Below, in pieces: positions 1-14,123 of a DNA stretch of 64,000 bases. The notes under the pieces are model-generated. The model searched no databases and was not told the DNA's origin. It saw only the letters and a list, made by a program, of their open reading frames with translations. The position numbers and the translations under genes were made by a program. Source of the DNA: Chrysomallon squamiferum (lineage: Eukaryota > Animalia > Mollusca); NCBI GenBank assembly GCA_012295275.1, contig CM022677.1:21266001-21330000 (forward strand). Reading direction: 5' to 3'. Within the stretch, counting starts at the first letter, position 1. Each line of letters begins with the position of its first letter.

Positions 1-321
1 AATGATAATAATAAGAATAATAATAATAAGAATAATAATAATTTTAATAATAATGATAATCATCATAATAATAATAATAATCATAATAATTATACTTATA
101 ATAATAATGATAATAATAATAATAATAAAAAGACAATTAGATGCAAACAGATACGACAATACATGGATAGTTCAATACATTTTATGAATAAATTTAATTA
201 TTCTTTATTGTTTTATTAATTTATTTATTTATTTATTTATTCATTTGTTTATGTATTTATTTACTAAAGATTTATAGAAGTTTATATTAAATCAAACTTT
301 AAATAAAACTCTTCATGTTAC

Positions 322-369
322 CAGGAATTCTAGACGGCCTTGTAGTCATTCTTCTTGTAGATTGCTCTT
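322..369 (-). pseudogene. 48-nt linker microexon copy with mutated acceptor (EEQSTRRMTTRPSRIP)
   Basis: Near-identical to microexons 1969-2016 and 2261-2308, with donor gtaaca. The acceptor reads TGTAA instead of TGTAG. An in-frame AAG 3 nt downstream could rescue it. Confidence 0.55.
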
Positions 370-924
370 TTACACAGAAAAAAAAAGAAGAAAACAATAG
401 TAAATAAAAAAAAATAAAAAAAAATAAATAAATAAATACATATATATATATATTTATTCAGTGGATTAGACTCAAACCGGACAAGATTGTTTATGTATGA
501 AATGTCATTTGGTTTGTATTTTGGGGAGTAAAATTAGTACTGAATATCACGAATATAACAGATCGATATTTAACTCAATGCAAGGACTTTCATGTATGAA
601 TTGTCATGGATACAATTTGTACTTAAATATACTAAAATATACTGTAAAGCTTTACAATCAAATGAAAACGAATCCATCTGAACTTAGTTTTATTTAGCTA
701 AAAGAAACCACAACATTATTTTGAAAAGAAATAATAATATTCTCTGAATGCACGACAATTTTTTATAAGAAACACTGAAAAAGATACATGAGTACAGACT
801 TATAGACGGATGGCTAGATTTCATATAGGCAGAGAGCTAGAGGTAAAGGTACAGACAGCCAGACAGAGAGAGAGAGAAAGACACTCAGAAAGATATACAG
901 ATATCACTTATAGAAATATCTCAC

Positions 925-1128
925 CAGGTATTGTACCTGGACATCTCGCCAGGTCGGCACAGTACACTGTGATGTACGTCGTGCTTTCACCAACACAGAA
1001 CTTTCCTCCATACTTAGGCACTGGATTTGAACAAAATCGACTTTTCACTATGTTTTTGGTTCCCCTGCCACACGTAACACTGCAAGGTCTTGTCGTGTCT
1101 ATACTCCACACAGACCAACCACCATCAA
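925..1128 (-). CDS. TSP1 exon 11 of LRR-TSP1 gene ([23 protein letters not shown]...CPGTIP)
   Basis: 204 nt, phase 1-1, acceptor ctcag, donor gtgaga. WxxW, CSVTCG and R-x-C-x-x-P-x-P-x-x-GG-x-x-C TSP1 pattern. Confidence 0.9.
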
Positions 1129-1340
1129 CTGAGAAAAGAGAATCTGTACAATTAGTTCTTCAGAAAAATCGCTGTTCTTACGTCATATGATATATACAGT
1201 CGAATTCCTGACCTACCAGGAATAAGAACACATACATAAAAACAAGTGAAATAAGATAAAGGGCAAACACATGCAATTCACGAAATAAATAAAATAAAGT
1301 AACAAATATTATCAAGTGAAGAAACGTCAGATGTTCGTAC

Positions 1341-1382
1341 CAGGAGCCCCTTTTATTCTTTCTGTGCCTTCAGGTCTTTCTT
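1341..1382 (-). other. Type-2 linker microexon candidate (EERPEGTERIKGAP), weak acceptor
   Basis: Donor CCTG|gtacga, phase 1. The acceptor is the purine-rich cgaaaaag. Homologous decayed copies at 3284-3331 and about 9400-9455. Confidence 0.35.
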
Positions 1383-1968
1383 CTTTTTCGATAAAAATTT
1401 AAAGAAAAAAAAAAAAACATAAAAGAAAAGAATAAAAAAGATAGAAGTCATAAAGTCATTAGTAAAAATAAGAATAATAATAGAATAAAATTTTAAAGAT
1501 GTTTTGAATTGTGGTCATTATGATAATAAAGTAAGCACTTGTTTCTTTCAACAGGTTAACCTATGCATAGAAAACAAATAAACGGTATATTATATGAAGT
1601 TTGTCTGTTCTACCTTTTTTTTTTTTCGTTGCTTGTTTGTTTGTTTTTTTGTTTTGTTTTGCGTTCTTTTTGCTTTTGTTTTTTGTTGTTGTTGTTGTTT
1701 TTTTGTGGTTTTTTTTGTGGTTTTTGGTCACGATTAGTATGTTTACTTCTTGATACATTAAATCCCTCATATGCTCCTTTATCTTTTCTCTTTTTTGTTG
1801 CTTATTTTCTCTCTTTATTCAATTTTTTTTAATTATTTTTATTAAAATATTTAATTGTTTTTTTTTTTATTTTATTAATTTATTTATTTATTTACTTAAG
1901 TATTTATTTACTAAAGACTTATAGAAGTTAATATTAAATCAAACTTTAAATGAAACTCTTGATGTTAC

Positions 1969-2016
1969 CAGGAGTTCTAGACGCCCTTGTAGTCATTCTT
2001 GTTGTTGATTGCTCTT
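1969..2016 (-). CDS. 48-nt Ser/Thr-rich linker microexon (EEQSTTRMTTRASRTP)
   Basis: Acceptor tctctgtag, donor gtaaca, phase 1-1, member of a repeated microexon family. Confidence 0.75.
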
Positions 2017-2260
2017 CTACAGAGAAAAAAGAAAGAAGAAAACAAAAATAAATGAAAGAAACATAAAAAAATAAATAAATTAATAAATAAATATATAAAT
2101 TCAGTAGACAAGACCCAAATTGGACAAGATTGTTTGTGTATAAACTGTCATTTGGTTTGTATTTTTCGGAGTAAAATCGGTACTGGTGGCCAAGACTCAA
2201 ATGTTCCAAGACTCAGAAGTTAATATTAAATCAAACTTTAAATAAATCTCTTCATGTTAC

Positions 2261-2308
2261 CAGGAGTTGCAGACGGCCATGTAGTCATTCTTCTTGTAGA
2301 TTGCTCTT
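2261..2308 (-). CDS. 48-nt linker microexon (EEQSTRRMTTWPSATP)
   Basis: Acceptor tctctgtag, donor gtaaca, phase 1-1. Confidence 0.75.
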
Positions 2309-2867
2309 CTACAGAGAAAAAAGAAAGAAGAAAACAAAAATAAATGAAAGAAAAATTAATAAATAAATAAATAAATATATATATATATATATTTATTCAG
2401 TGGATTAGACTCAAACCGGACTAGATTGTTTATGTATAAAATGTCATTTGGTTTCTATTTTCTGGAGTAAAATTAGTACTGAATATGACGAATATAACAG
2501 ATCGATATTTAACTGGATGAAAGGACTTTCAGGTATGAATTGTCATGGATACAATTTGTACTTAAATATGCTAAAATATACTGAAAAGCTTTACAATCAA
2601 ATGAAAACGAATCCATCTGAACTTAGTTTTATTTAGCTAAAACAAACCACAACATTATTTTGAAAAGAAAGAATAAAATTATCTGAATACCTATGCACGA
2701 CAATTTTTTTTTAATAAGAAACACTGAAAAAGATACATGAGTACAGACTGATAGACGGATGGATAGATTTGATATAGGCAGAGAGCTAGAGGTAGAGCTA
2801 CAGACAGTCAGACAGAGAGAGAGACACTCAGACAGATGTACAGATATCATTTATAAAAATATCTCAC

Positions 2868-3071
2868 CAGGTATTGTACCTGGACATCTCGCCAGGTCGG
2901 CACAGTACACAGTGATGTACGTCGTGTTTTCACCAACACAGAACTTTCCTCCATACTGAGGCACTGGATTTGAACAAAATCGATTTTTCACTATGTTTTT
3001 GATTCCCCTGCCACACGTAACACTACAAGGTCTTGTCGTGTCTATTCTCCACACAGACCAACCACCATCCA
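2868..3071 (-). CDS. TSP1 exon 10 of LRR-TSP1 gene
   Basis: 204 nt, phase 1-1, canonical splice sites. Near-identical to 925-1128. Confidence 0.9.
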
Positions 3072-3340
3072 CTGAGAAAAGAGAATCTCTACAATTAGTT
3101 CTTCAGGACAATCGCTGTTCTTACGTCATATGATATATACAGTCGAATTCCTGACCTACCAGGAACACGAACACATACATAAAAACAAGTGAAATAAGAT
3201 AAAGGGCAAACACATGCAATTCACGAAATAAATAAAATAAAGGAACAAATATTATCAAGTTAAGAAAAGTCAGGTGTTCATACCAGGAGCGCCTCTTATT
3301 CTTTCTGTGCCTTGAGGTCTTTCTTCATTTTTGATAGAAA

Positions 3341-3381
<41 letters not shown>

Positions 3382-3743
3382 AAAAAAAAGATTGAGAAGT
3401 CCTAAAGTCATTAGTAAAAATAAGAATAATAATAAAATAAAATAAAATTTGGTTTTTAAGATAGTCAAGAAAGCACTTTTTCTTTCAGGTTTTGTTTGTT
3501 TTTTTTTTTTTTTTTTGTTTTTTTTTGTTGTTGTTGTTTTTTAGTTCTGATTTAGTCATATGTTTGTCTTCTTTGTTTTCTTTTTAAATCCCTTACATGT
3601 TTTCATTTTTTTTTTTTTTTTTGTTGTTTTATTTCTTTCTTTATTCATGTTTTTTTGAATATTATTTTTATTAAGATATTTAATTATTTTCTTTCTTTAT
3701 TTGAAATTATTTTTATTAAGATATTTAATTATTATTTATTATT

Positions 3744-3790
<47 letters not shown>

Positions 3791-3864
3791 CTTATGTATT
3801 TATTTAATAAAGACTTATAGAAGTTAATGTTAAATCAAACTCTAAATGAAACTCTTGATGTTAC

Positions 3865-3912
3865 CAGGAGTTCCAGGCGCCCTTGTAGTCATTTTTGTTG
3901 TAGATTCCTCTT
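3865..3912 (-). CDS. 48-nt linker microexon (EEESTTKMTTRAPGTP)
   Basis: Acceptor tctctgtag, donor gtaaca, phase 1-1. Confidence 0.75.
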
Positions 3913-3959
3913 CTACAGAGAAAAAAGAAAGAAGAAAACAAAAATAAATGAAAGAAAAA

Positions 3960-3998
<39 letters not shown>

Positions 3999-4190
3999 AT
4001 AGAATAAATTAATTAATCAATACATAAATAAATAAATAAATAAATAAACAAAATAAATAAATATATAAATTTAGTGGACAAGACCCAAATTGGACCATAT
4101 TGTTTGTGTATAAACTATCATTTGGTTTTAATTTTTTGGAGTAAAATCAGTACTGGTGGCCAAGACTCAAATGTTCCGACAATAAAAAAG

Positions 4191-4281
<91 letters not shown>

Positions 4282-4545
4282 GACAATTAGATGCATAGAT
4301 ATATGACTATAGATGGTTAGCAGAGAGAGAGAGAGAGAGAGAGAGAGATTACATATTACACTTATCTCACCAGGTGTTTTAAGTGGCCGTATTGTTTATT
4401 TTCTTTCTTTATTTAATTTTTTGAGACAATTAGTTGCAAAGATATACGATGATAGATGTATAGTAGATGGACAGAGACAGATAGAAAGAGAAAGATAGAG
4501 AGAGAGACAGACAGACAACAGACAGACTGACTGACAGACAGATAT

Positions 4546-4582
<37 letters not shown>

Positions 4583-4623
4583 CAGATAGATAGACAGATA
4601 TATAGATAGATAGATAGATAGAG

Positions 4624-4732
<109 letters not shown>

Positions 4733-4889
4733 CACTCCATATAAGCTTAATAAAGAAAAGAGAGAAAATATTTTGAAATACAAACAGAAAAATGTATTTA
4801 TTTATTTATATATTTATTTATTAATTTATAAACTAATAATAATAATAGTAATAATAATAATAATATTAAAAACAACAACAACAACATAC

Positions 4890-5084
4890 CAGGACAAGGC
4901 ACGCCTGCATCACAGGGTGTAATATCATAGATATGTTTACCAGAACCTTCGCACTTTCTTCCGCCTTTCAACGGAGGAGGGTTTGAGCACAGTCGACGTT
5001 TCACCACAATTCTGTAACCACTGCCACACGTGACAGAGCACTTTATAAATAGAACATTGAGCCATGCAGTCCACCCGCCATCCA
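4890..5084 (-). CDS. TSP1 exon 9 (VDGGWTAWLNVLFIKCSVTCGSG...CDAGVPCP)
   Basis: 195 nt, phase 1-1, acceptor tagcag, donor gtatgt. TSP1 Cys/Trp pattern. Confidence 0.9.
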
Positions 5085-5485
5085 CTGCTAAATAACATAA
5101 TCATATAAATTAGTACATTTCAGTTTGTCTGGCTTTCCAAAGCAAACATGTAACAAATACTGCTATTGCAGTGACTACTACTCTACTACTACTACTAATA
5201 CTACTAATACCACCACCACTACTACTAGTAGTACTACTACAACTACTACTACCAATTCTACTACCAGTAATAATACTAATATTAATAATAATAACAATAA
5301 TATTGATAGTGATAATAATAATAATAATAAAAGTAATAACAAGTAGCATATCATAATAGTTCGTTGTCCAAGCATTTTATGACTATTTAAGAACAGTTTG
5401 TAAATAAAACTTTGAACCGTCCATTTCATCCACAATTTATTACTAAATAATAAAGATCGTATTCATTTATAAATATCTCTCTCTG

Positions 5486-5592
<107 letters not shown>

Positions 5593-5845
5593 ATTTTTAT
5601 TTTGATATCATTGAGGGTTTTTTTAAAACAATTTATGTGAAAATGTCAATACTACCTACCAGCATATGGGTCTTTTTCATTGTTTGTTGTTGATTGGATT
5701 TTGTGGCGTTTGCGTTTTCAAAATTGAAAATAAAAGAAAAGAAACAAAAAAACAAATTACAATCAATAATATCGAACATAACATCCGCATAGTGATAATA
5801 ATAATGATAATAATAATAATAATAATAATAAATACACACACACAC

Positions 5846-5962
<117 letters not shown>

Positions 5963-6848
5963 GAGAAAGAGAGAGATTGAAGCAATGAAAGGTCACATCG
6001 CCAGCGAATTTATAAAAACAAGCTAAAGCTATTCCCCTGTTGATGAAAACTGGTATCTAGTGTAATAGGTGCTGCATACACTGATATTTCAATTACCGTG
6101 TTCCACGTGTTAACTCTCTCACTATTTGAACTATATGATGATAATAATAATAATAATAATAATCTATTATGTGTGAAAATCTACATAACCATAGTCAGCA
6201 AACAACTGACTAATCTAGCTAAAATGGGTATTTCTGCAGACGTCATTTAAAAAGGATTCGAAAAATAGGACTGGGGTTTTTTTCTGTTCTTTTTGCCTGC
6301 ATTTAAATTTGATGGTCATGAGATTTTTTGACATTTATTTTGGCCAAGTACACGTGCACGGGGCTGAAAATGTGCACATCCAGCATGAAAACGCGGTTTA
6401 TGCAGGAATCGTGTGATGAAGTGGTGACTTTACTCAGACCACAGTGGAAGATATCTGATAGTCCAATGTAAGGACTGCCCTGAGCTTCGGGACTTCTTAC
6501 TAATAACCTGAATTAACGATACGAACTGATCGTTACTGAGAAAGTAACTCGTTTAGTCACCAAGTCACCCTCACAGATTTCCAAGATAGTATTTGACCAA
6601 TTCCTGCCTAAGCTATCGTCTTTTGAACAGAGGCGGTCACACCTCCTATTGCTCAAAATTTTCAAATCACAGAATATCCTATACTGTGCAGACGAAAGAA
6701 CATTAAGCGAAATATTCAACAGCGCAAATACCGAAAATGTTCTGTTCAAGTCACACAGAACACCACATTTCACACAGAATCTCAGACGAAGAAAGAAGCG
6801 TGGTTTGACGTGAAGTGACCCTGAAACGAGAAAACTACAGAAAAGTAC

Positions 6849-7064
6849 CCGGACAGACAACGCCAGAGTAGCAGTTTGCAAACGTGTATCCTTTCTCTGG
6901 GCCATTGCAGTGTCCTCCTCCTCTTGCTCCTCCAGCTCCTCCAGCTCCTCCTGCTCCTCCTGCTGGACAGTGTCGAATTCGGGTAACAACTTTGACACCA
7001 CCGCCACACGTCACACTACAACTCGATTCTTTAATCTGGATCCATGAGCTCCATCCAGGGTCGT
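6849..7064 (-). CDS. TSP1 exon 8 with Gly/Ala insertion (DDPGWSSW...CSVTCGGG...PAGGAGGAGGAGGARGGGHC...)
   Basis: 216 nt, phase 1-1, acceptor ttctgcag, weak donor gtactt. Read-through gives a stop at 6835. Confidence 0.85.
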
Positions 7065-7106
7065 CTGCAGAACAAGGATTAAAAAAAATTTCATATATAT
7101 ATACAT

Positions 7107-7233
<127 letters not shown>

Positions 7234-7358
7234 TACATACACATAATTTTACTGCAACAAAACTAAGGTTTGATTTATTCCAGCTTACGATGTGAAATAA
7301 TTATGGTGATACGAACCAAAGAAATTCATTTCGGAAGATTAAAGTTTGGAAGTCTTAC

Positions 7359-7544
7359 CAGGGCACACGTCGAACAGGCACGACAATATCTCGAATGTTT
7401 CGTTTTTTCCAACGCAGTTTTTTCCTCCATTTCGTGGTCGGGGGTTTTCGCATCTCCTTATCATGTCCTGCCGAAACTTCCCGAACCCGCACGAGGCACT
7501 GCAAGAACTGTCAGTATGTATCCATGGAGTCCATCCACCATCAA
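7359..7544 (-). CDS. TSP1 exon 7 (VDGGWTPWIHTDSSCSASCGFG...RCENPRPRNGGKNCVG...CLFDVCP)
   Basis: 186 nt, phase 1-1, donor gtaaga. Translated by hand; not in the ORF track. Confidence 0.88.
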
Positions 7545-7861
7545 CTTATAAAATAAACCAACAAACAAATAAACAAACAAACAATTAAACTACTCATAAG
7601 CTTGGTAACGAAAAACAAGGGATAAAAAACCGCTAAGAAATAAAGAAAACATTATATATATATATATATATATATATATTCATTCATCTATTAATTCATT
7701 TGTTATTTTATTTCTTAATTGTTAATGACGCAGAGAAGTCATTAATTAATCAAATTTTGTATTTTTCCTGCTCAGATTCATCATAACCACAAGACATATG
7801 TGTGTGTGTGTGAGTGTGGGTATAGAGAGAAAGACAGACAGACTGACAGACTGACAGATAG

Positions 7862-7950
<89 letters not shown>

Positions 7951-8019
7951 TATGGATACACTCCATATAAGCTTAATAAAGAAAAGAGAGAGAATACTGA
8001 GAAATACAAACAGAAATAT

Positions 8020-8058
<39 letters not shown>

Positions 8059-8116
8059 TAAACTAATTATGACCTAATGAAGTTTACAGTGAATCAAACA
8101 AAAGTTTAAATGTTAC

Positions 8117-8164
8117 CAGGAGTGTCAGGTGACACAGTGGTCTTTTCTGCTGTAGTTTCTTCTT
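8117..8164 (-). CDS. 48-nt linker microexon (EEETTAEKTTVSPDTP)
   Basis: Acceptor tttctgcag, donor gtaaca, phase 1-1. Confidence 0.75.
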
Positions 8165-8970
8165 CTGCAGAAAAAAAAAAAATAAATAAATAAATAAATA
8201 AATAAATATACAAACAAACAAACAACAAACAAACAAACAGATCAACAAAAACAAAAGCATCTTTAAACGCAGTATTTATTGTTTCAATTACTAGTTATAA
8301 ATTGAAGTTGGCTGAGCGTTTTCTCAGATTAAACTCTATGACAGAAAAGTGTTACACTGGACACAACTTATGCAACTTAAGAGATGCATTTCATAAAAAC
8401 AAGCTATGCTGTACTGAACCTGTACTCGAACTAGCTTCCATCCGACACGACCTGATCTAGACGCGATTGTTGTCTGGCACGCTGAGAATTGTTGAAGTTT
8501 TCTTGTACTGACCACGAAATGTAACAGATCTAGCCTGAACTGAATACAAGCTTCTTGGGATATGAAGAGTCGTGAACACTGGTGTACTTGATACCAGTGC
8601 CCTTTGATGTAATCGTTTGTTAAAATGTCGAATTCATTTTCTCCGTTTATCTCTTTTTATGAAACACGGTGAACAGTTTCAAAGGGAACTCAACTACATC
8701 AGCGTCAACTTTGTTTCATTTTGCATAATGTCAGTGACAAGAGTCTAAATTTTCGTATTACATGTAAGGATACACGACCTGAGGTTCTAAATGGTTTCCA
8801 CGTAAAAAAACATCACATGAGTAACTTAAGAAATATATGTGAGTACATATGTGACACACGGAAGGATAGATTATATATAAGCAGAGAGCTAGAGGTATAG
8901 CTACAGACAGCCAGACAGAGAGACAGACACTCCGACAGATATACAGATATTACTTATATAAATATCTCAC

Positions 8971-9174
8971 CAGGTGTTGTACCTGGACATATCACTAGTT
9001 CGACACAGTACACAGTGATGTACGTCGTCTTTTCACCAACACAGAACTTTCCTCCATACTGAGGCTTTGGATTTGAACAAAATCGACTTTTCACTATTTT
9101 TTTGATTCCGCTGCTACACGTAACACTACAAGGTCTTGTCGAGTCAATTGACCACAAAGACCAACCACCGTCCA
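8971..9174 (-). CDS. TSP1 exon 6
   Basis: 204 nt, phase 1-1. [23 protein letters not shown]; same subfamily as exons 5, 10 and 11. Confidence 0.9.
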
Positions 9175-9904
9175 CTGAAAAAACATAAATTCTAGAATTA
9201 GTTCTTCTAGAATATCTCTAGTCACGTGATTCACTACAGACTACGTAAGTCACGTGACATACAGTCGATTTCCTGACTTACCAGACAAACCGGAGTTTTG
9301 TTTTTTATCAAAATAAATGAAACAGAATAAAACCCAAACAGATACAGTTCACGAAATAAAATAAAATAAATGAACAGAAATAACAAGTGAAGACGTCGAT
9401 GTAGGTGCGTGACCTCTTCGTCTGTCTGTCACTTGAGGTCTGTCTTCTTTTTTGATAAAAATTTAAAAAATAAATAAATCAATAAATAAAACAAGAAAAG
9501 AAAAGAATAAAAAAGACTCAGAAGTCACAAAGTCATTAGTGAAAATAATAATAATAATAAAATAAAATTTTAAAGATTTTTCCAATTGTGGTTATTAACA
9601 TAATAAAGAAAGCACTTGTTTCTTTCAACAGGTTAACCTAGGCATAGAAAACAAATAAACATGATGTTATATGATGTTTCTTTGATGTTGTTGTTGTTGT
9701 TGTTGTTGTTCTTCTTCTTGTTTTTGTTATGATTAGTATGTTTATTTCTTCATATATTCATTCACTTACATGCTGATTTATCTTTTCTCTTTTGTTGTTG
9801 TTTATTATCTTTTTTTATTTAATTTTTTGAAATTGTTTTTATTAATATATTTAATTATTTTTTTATGATTTTATTTTATTTTATTTTATATCATTTTATT
9901 TCCT

Positions 9905-9939
<35 letters not shown>

Positions 9940-9996
9940 CTATTGCTTATAAAAGTTAATACTAAATCAAACTTTAAATAAAACTCTTGATGTTAC

Positions 9997-10044
9997 CAGC
10001 AGTTCCAGATGGCCTTACAGTCATATTTGTTGTAGATTCCTCTT
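9997..10044 (-). CDS. 48-nt linker microexon (EEESTTNMTVRPSGTA)
   Basis: Acceptor tctctacag, donor gtaaca, phase 1-1. Confidence 0.75.
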
Positions 10045-10143
10045 CTGTAGAGAAAAGAGAAAGAAGAAAAAACAAAAATAAATGAAAGGAAAATAAATAA
10101 ATAAATAAATAAATAAATGAAAGGAAAATAAATAAATAAAAAA

Positions 10144-10182
<39 letters not shown>

Positions 10183-10505
10183 ATTCAGTGGACAAGATTG
10201 TTTATTAATAAACTGTAATTTGGTTTGTATTTTCTGGAGTAAAATCAGCGCTGAATATGACGAATTTAACACATCGATAATGAACTGGATACAAGGACTT
10301 GTCATGAATACAATTTGTACTTAAATGTACTAAAATATACTGAAAAGCTTTACAGAAAATGAAAATGAATCCATTAAACACTGGTGGCCAAAGAAGCAAA
10401 TGCTCCAACAATAAAAAAGATAATAAAAATAATAATAAGTAATAATAGTAATAATAAAAAGACAATTAGATGCAAAGATATACGACGATAGATGGATACT
10501 AGATG

Positions 10506-10654
<149 letters not shown>

Positions 10655-10668
10655 GACAAATATCTCAC

Positions 10669-10872
10669 CAGGTGTTGCAGCTGGACATATTGCTAGTTCG
10701 ACACAGTACACAGTGATGTACGTCGTGTTTTCACCAACACAGAACTTTCCTCCATACTGAGGCTTTGGACTTGAACAAAATCGAGTTTTCACTAGGTTTT
10801 TTATTCCCCTGCCACACGTAACACTACAAGGTCTTGTCGTGTCAACTGACCACAAAGACCAATCTCCGTTCA
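10669..10872 (-). CDS. TSP1 exon 5
   Basis: 204 nt, phase 1-1. [23 protein letters not shown]. Confidence 0.9.
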
Positions 10873-11509
10873 CTGAGAAAAGATAATTTCTACAATTAGT
10901 TATTCTAGAATATCTCTAGTCACGTGACTCACTACAAACTACGTAAGTCACGTGACTTGAAGTCGACTTCCTGACTTGCTAGACAAACCGGAAAAAAATT
11001 TTGTAAAATAAAATCAAGTAAAGAAAAGAAAAGAAAAGAGTAAGAAGTCTTAACGTTAGCAACTAATTCAAATCAGAAACAACTAAAAAAGAAGAAGAAG
11101 AAGAAGAAGAAGAAGAAGAAGAAGAAGAAGAAGAAATTGTGGTTTTCATGTCTGCAGGTTACTCTTGTAATAATTACTATGTTTGTGTCTTCAGCCATGT
11201 GCTGATTTAGCGTTTCTTTTTTTCTTCTTCTTCTTAATCTTATTTTCTGTTTTCTTTTTCTCTTTTTCTAATTTATACTTACTTTATTTTATTTATTCAT
11301 TTATTTATTCATTTATTCATTCAATCATTCTTCATGCATTTATTGAGACATTCATTCATTTTATTCATTCATTTATTTATTAATATTTATTTTTTAATTT
11401 TTATTCATTCATTCATGCATTTGTTTATTTATTTATTTACTTATTTATTTACTACCGACTTATAGAAGTTAATATTAAATCAAACTTTAAATAAAACTGT
11501 TGATGCTAC

Positions 11510-11557
11510 CAGGAGTTCTAGACGACTTTCTAGTCATTCCTGCTGTGTTTTCCTTTT
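11510..11557 (-). CDS. 48-nt linker microexon (EKENTAGMTRKSSRTP)
   Basis: Acceptor tctttag, donor gtagca, phase 1-1. Confidence 0.65.
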
Positions 11558-11799
11558 CTAAAGAAAAGAAACAAAAAATCAAAATAATGAAAGAAAAAGA
11601 ACATTAGGTAAATGAATATATTCAACGAGAGAAAGAGAAGACAGAAAAGACTGAGAGATAAAAAGTAACTGAGAAAGTGGAGGAATGAGAAGGGAACTAG
11701 AAAGTAAGAGAAATAGAGAGAAGTGAGAGAGAGAGATAGAGACAGAGAAATGATAGGACAGAGGAATGAGAGAGAAAGAGAGGGGAGGGGAAGAAAGAC

Positions 11800-11859
<60 letters not shown>

Positions 11860-12199
11860 ACAGAGAGAGCGAGAGAGTGACAGATAGAGAGACAAAGAGA
11901 AAGACAGAGAGAGAGACAAAGCGAGAGAGTGACACAGAGAGAGACCTAGAGAGAGAGAGAGAGAAAGAGAGACAGAGAGACAGAGAGACAGAGAGAGAGA
12001 ATGTGAGAGAGACAGAGAGAGAGAATGAGACAGAGAGACAGAGACAGACCTGAGAGAGAGAGATAGAGACAGAGAAATGATAGGACAGAGGGAGAGAGAA
12101 AGAGAGAGACAGAAAGACAGACAGAGTGAGACACAGAGACAGACAGAGAGAGAGAGAGAGAGAGAAATGATAGGACAGAGGAATGAGAGAGAGAGAGAC

Positions 12200-12294
<95 letters not shown>

Positions 12295-12315
12295 CAGAGA
12301 CAGACAGAGACAGAC

Positions 12316-12451
<136 letters not shown>

Positions 12452-12455
12452 GCAC

Positions 12456-12647
12456 CTGGACAGGGAACTCTTGTACTACATGTTTCTGTTATTCGGACAC
12501 TTCTGTCTCCTTTGCACATTCTTCCTCCGTACTTTGGCGCGGGGTTTTCGCATTTTCTTTTTCTAAAGTACGCTTTTACACCGAAATCGCACGTGCGACT
12601 GCACGATGTTTCTTTAATCAGTTCCCAGGCAGTCCACCCACCGTCCT
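12456..12647 (-). CDS. TSP1 exon 4, copy A (EDGGWTAWELIKETSCSRTCDFG...CSTRVPCP)
   Basis: 192 nt, phase 1-1, acceptor atttcag, donor gtgcga. Confidence 0.88.
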
Positions 12648-13703
12648 CTGAAATGTGAGTTTAAACGAAATAATCATAAAATACAAAAACCACTAGTATA
12701 CTAATGGATAACAAAATAACCGAAGTATTTTGTAATTATTATTATTAAATCTATGTATTTTTACATCAGTTTATCTATCTATCTTTCAATCTATCTATCT
12801 AATCTATCTGTATATCTACCATCTATCTATCTATCTTTCTATCTATCTATGTCTCTATCTAATTATCTCTATATCTATATATGTTAGTTATTAGTACTTT
12901 TATGTTATCTGTAAATAAACTTGTATTCATTTTTTAAATGACATAAAATTGTTCGCGTTTTTGTAAATTTCTTTATGACAGCATATTTTCTTAAATGGTT
13001 GAGAAACCACTAGTATAATAATGGATGACAAAATAACCGAAGTATTTTCTTCTTATTATTATTTAATCTATCTATCTTTCCATCTATCTAATCTATCTAT
13101 CTATCTAAGTATCTATATATCTATCTATGTTATTTATTAGTACTTTTTTGTTATCTGTAAATAAACTTGTATTCATTTTATAAATAGCATAAAATTATTT
13201 GCGTTTTTGTATATTTCTGTATAACAGCATATTTTCATAAATGCTTGTGCTGACGTTTTTAAATAAAATAAATACTTTTCTTTTTTCTGTGTCATTCGTT
13301 TTTAAAATAGTGTAATAATATGAACATGTTTGTTTGTTTTAATTAGAGTAAAATATTTTGTAAATTTGAATATTTATTATTTTTTCTTTTATATAAATAA
13401 TCTTCAATTATATGCACAGATAGATCTAACCAACCAGACACACACAAACACATACATATACATATATATATATATTTGCTTCTTTTTAAAACTACGTAAC
13501 GGGTTCATGTAACAGCAGTATATATTAATAACAGTTGAAGTGAAACGTAAAAAGCTCTTGGTGACGTAACATTTGGGATATATCTGACGTCATTTCGTAC
13601 AGAACAATATAACTTTAGTTCATTTATTTTAACTTTTAAGAAAAAACGAAAAAAACAAAACAACAAAAGGAATGTGTGCCAGCATTAGGAATTCGTTTTT
13701 TTA

Positions 13704-13742
<39 letters not shown>

Positions 13743-13925
13743 AGCATAATATCTATAAAACCTACACATTATAATGACACACCAGCAATCAAAAAATGTG
13801 TCACCTTACTTAGAATACTGAAGCCACTGCACATAATTACGACACGACAACAATCAAAACCTTTTATTTAATTTATTTATTTATTTAGATATATTTTTTT
13901 CCTATTTTTCACAGTCTCCTCCTAC

Positions 13926-14123
13926 CTGGAATATTCATCCTGCACACGCCACTGTCGCATCTGACTAGTTTCTCCTGAAAGTTCACGTGCCCCGGACACG
14001 TGGAAATTTTCGTGTCGCCGGGAATCGCCGAGACGCACCGTCGCGTGAACTGTTTCGTCTGCTCACAGTTGACGGAGCACGCCGTAGTCGACAACAGCAC
14101 CCACGTCGTCCAGCGACCCGCCA
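13926..14123 (-). CDS. TSP1-like exon 3, copy A (VAGRWTTWVLLSTTACSVNC...)
   Basis: 198 nt, phase 1-1, acceptor ttatcag, donor gtagga. Confidence 0.85.

Noticed and set aside
497-697. Repeated plus-strand ORF (also 2448-2636)
   Set aside because: Intronic part of the duplicated TSP cassette. The frame is not preserved in the copy near 10250.
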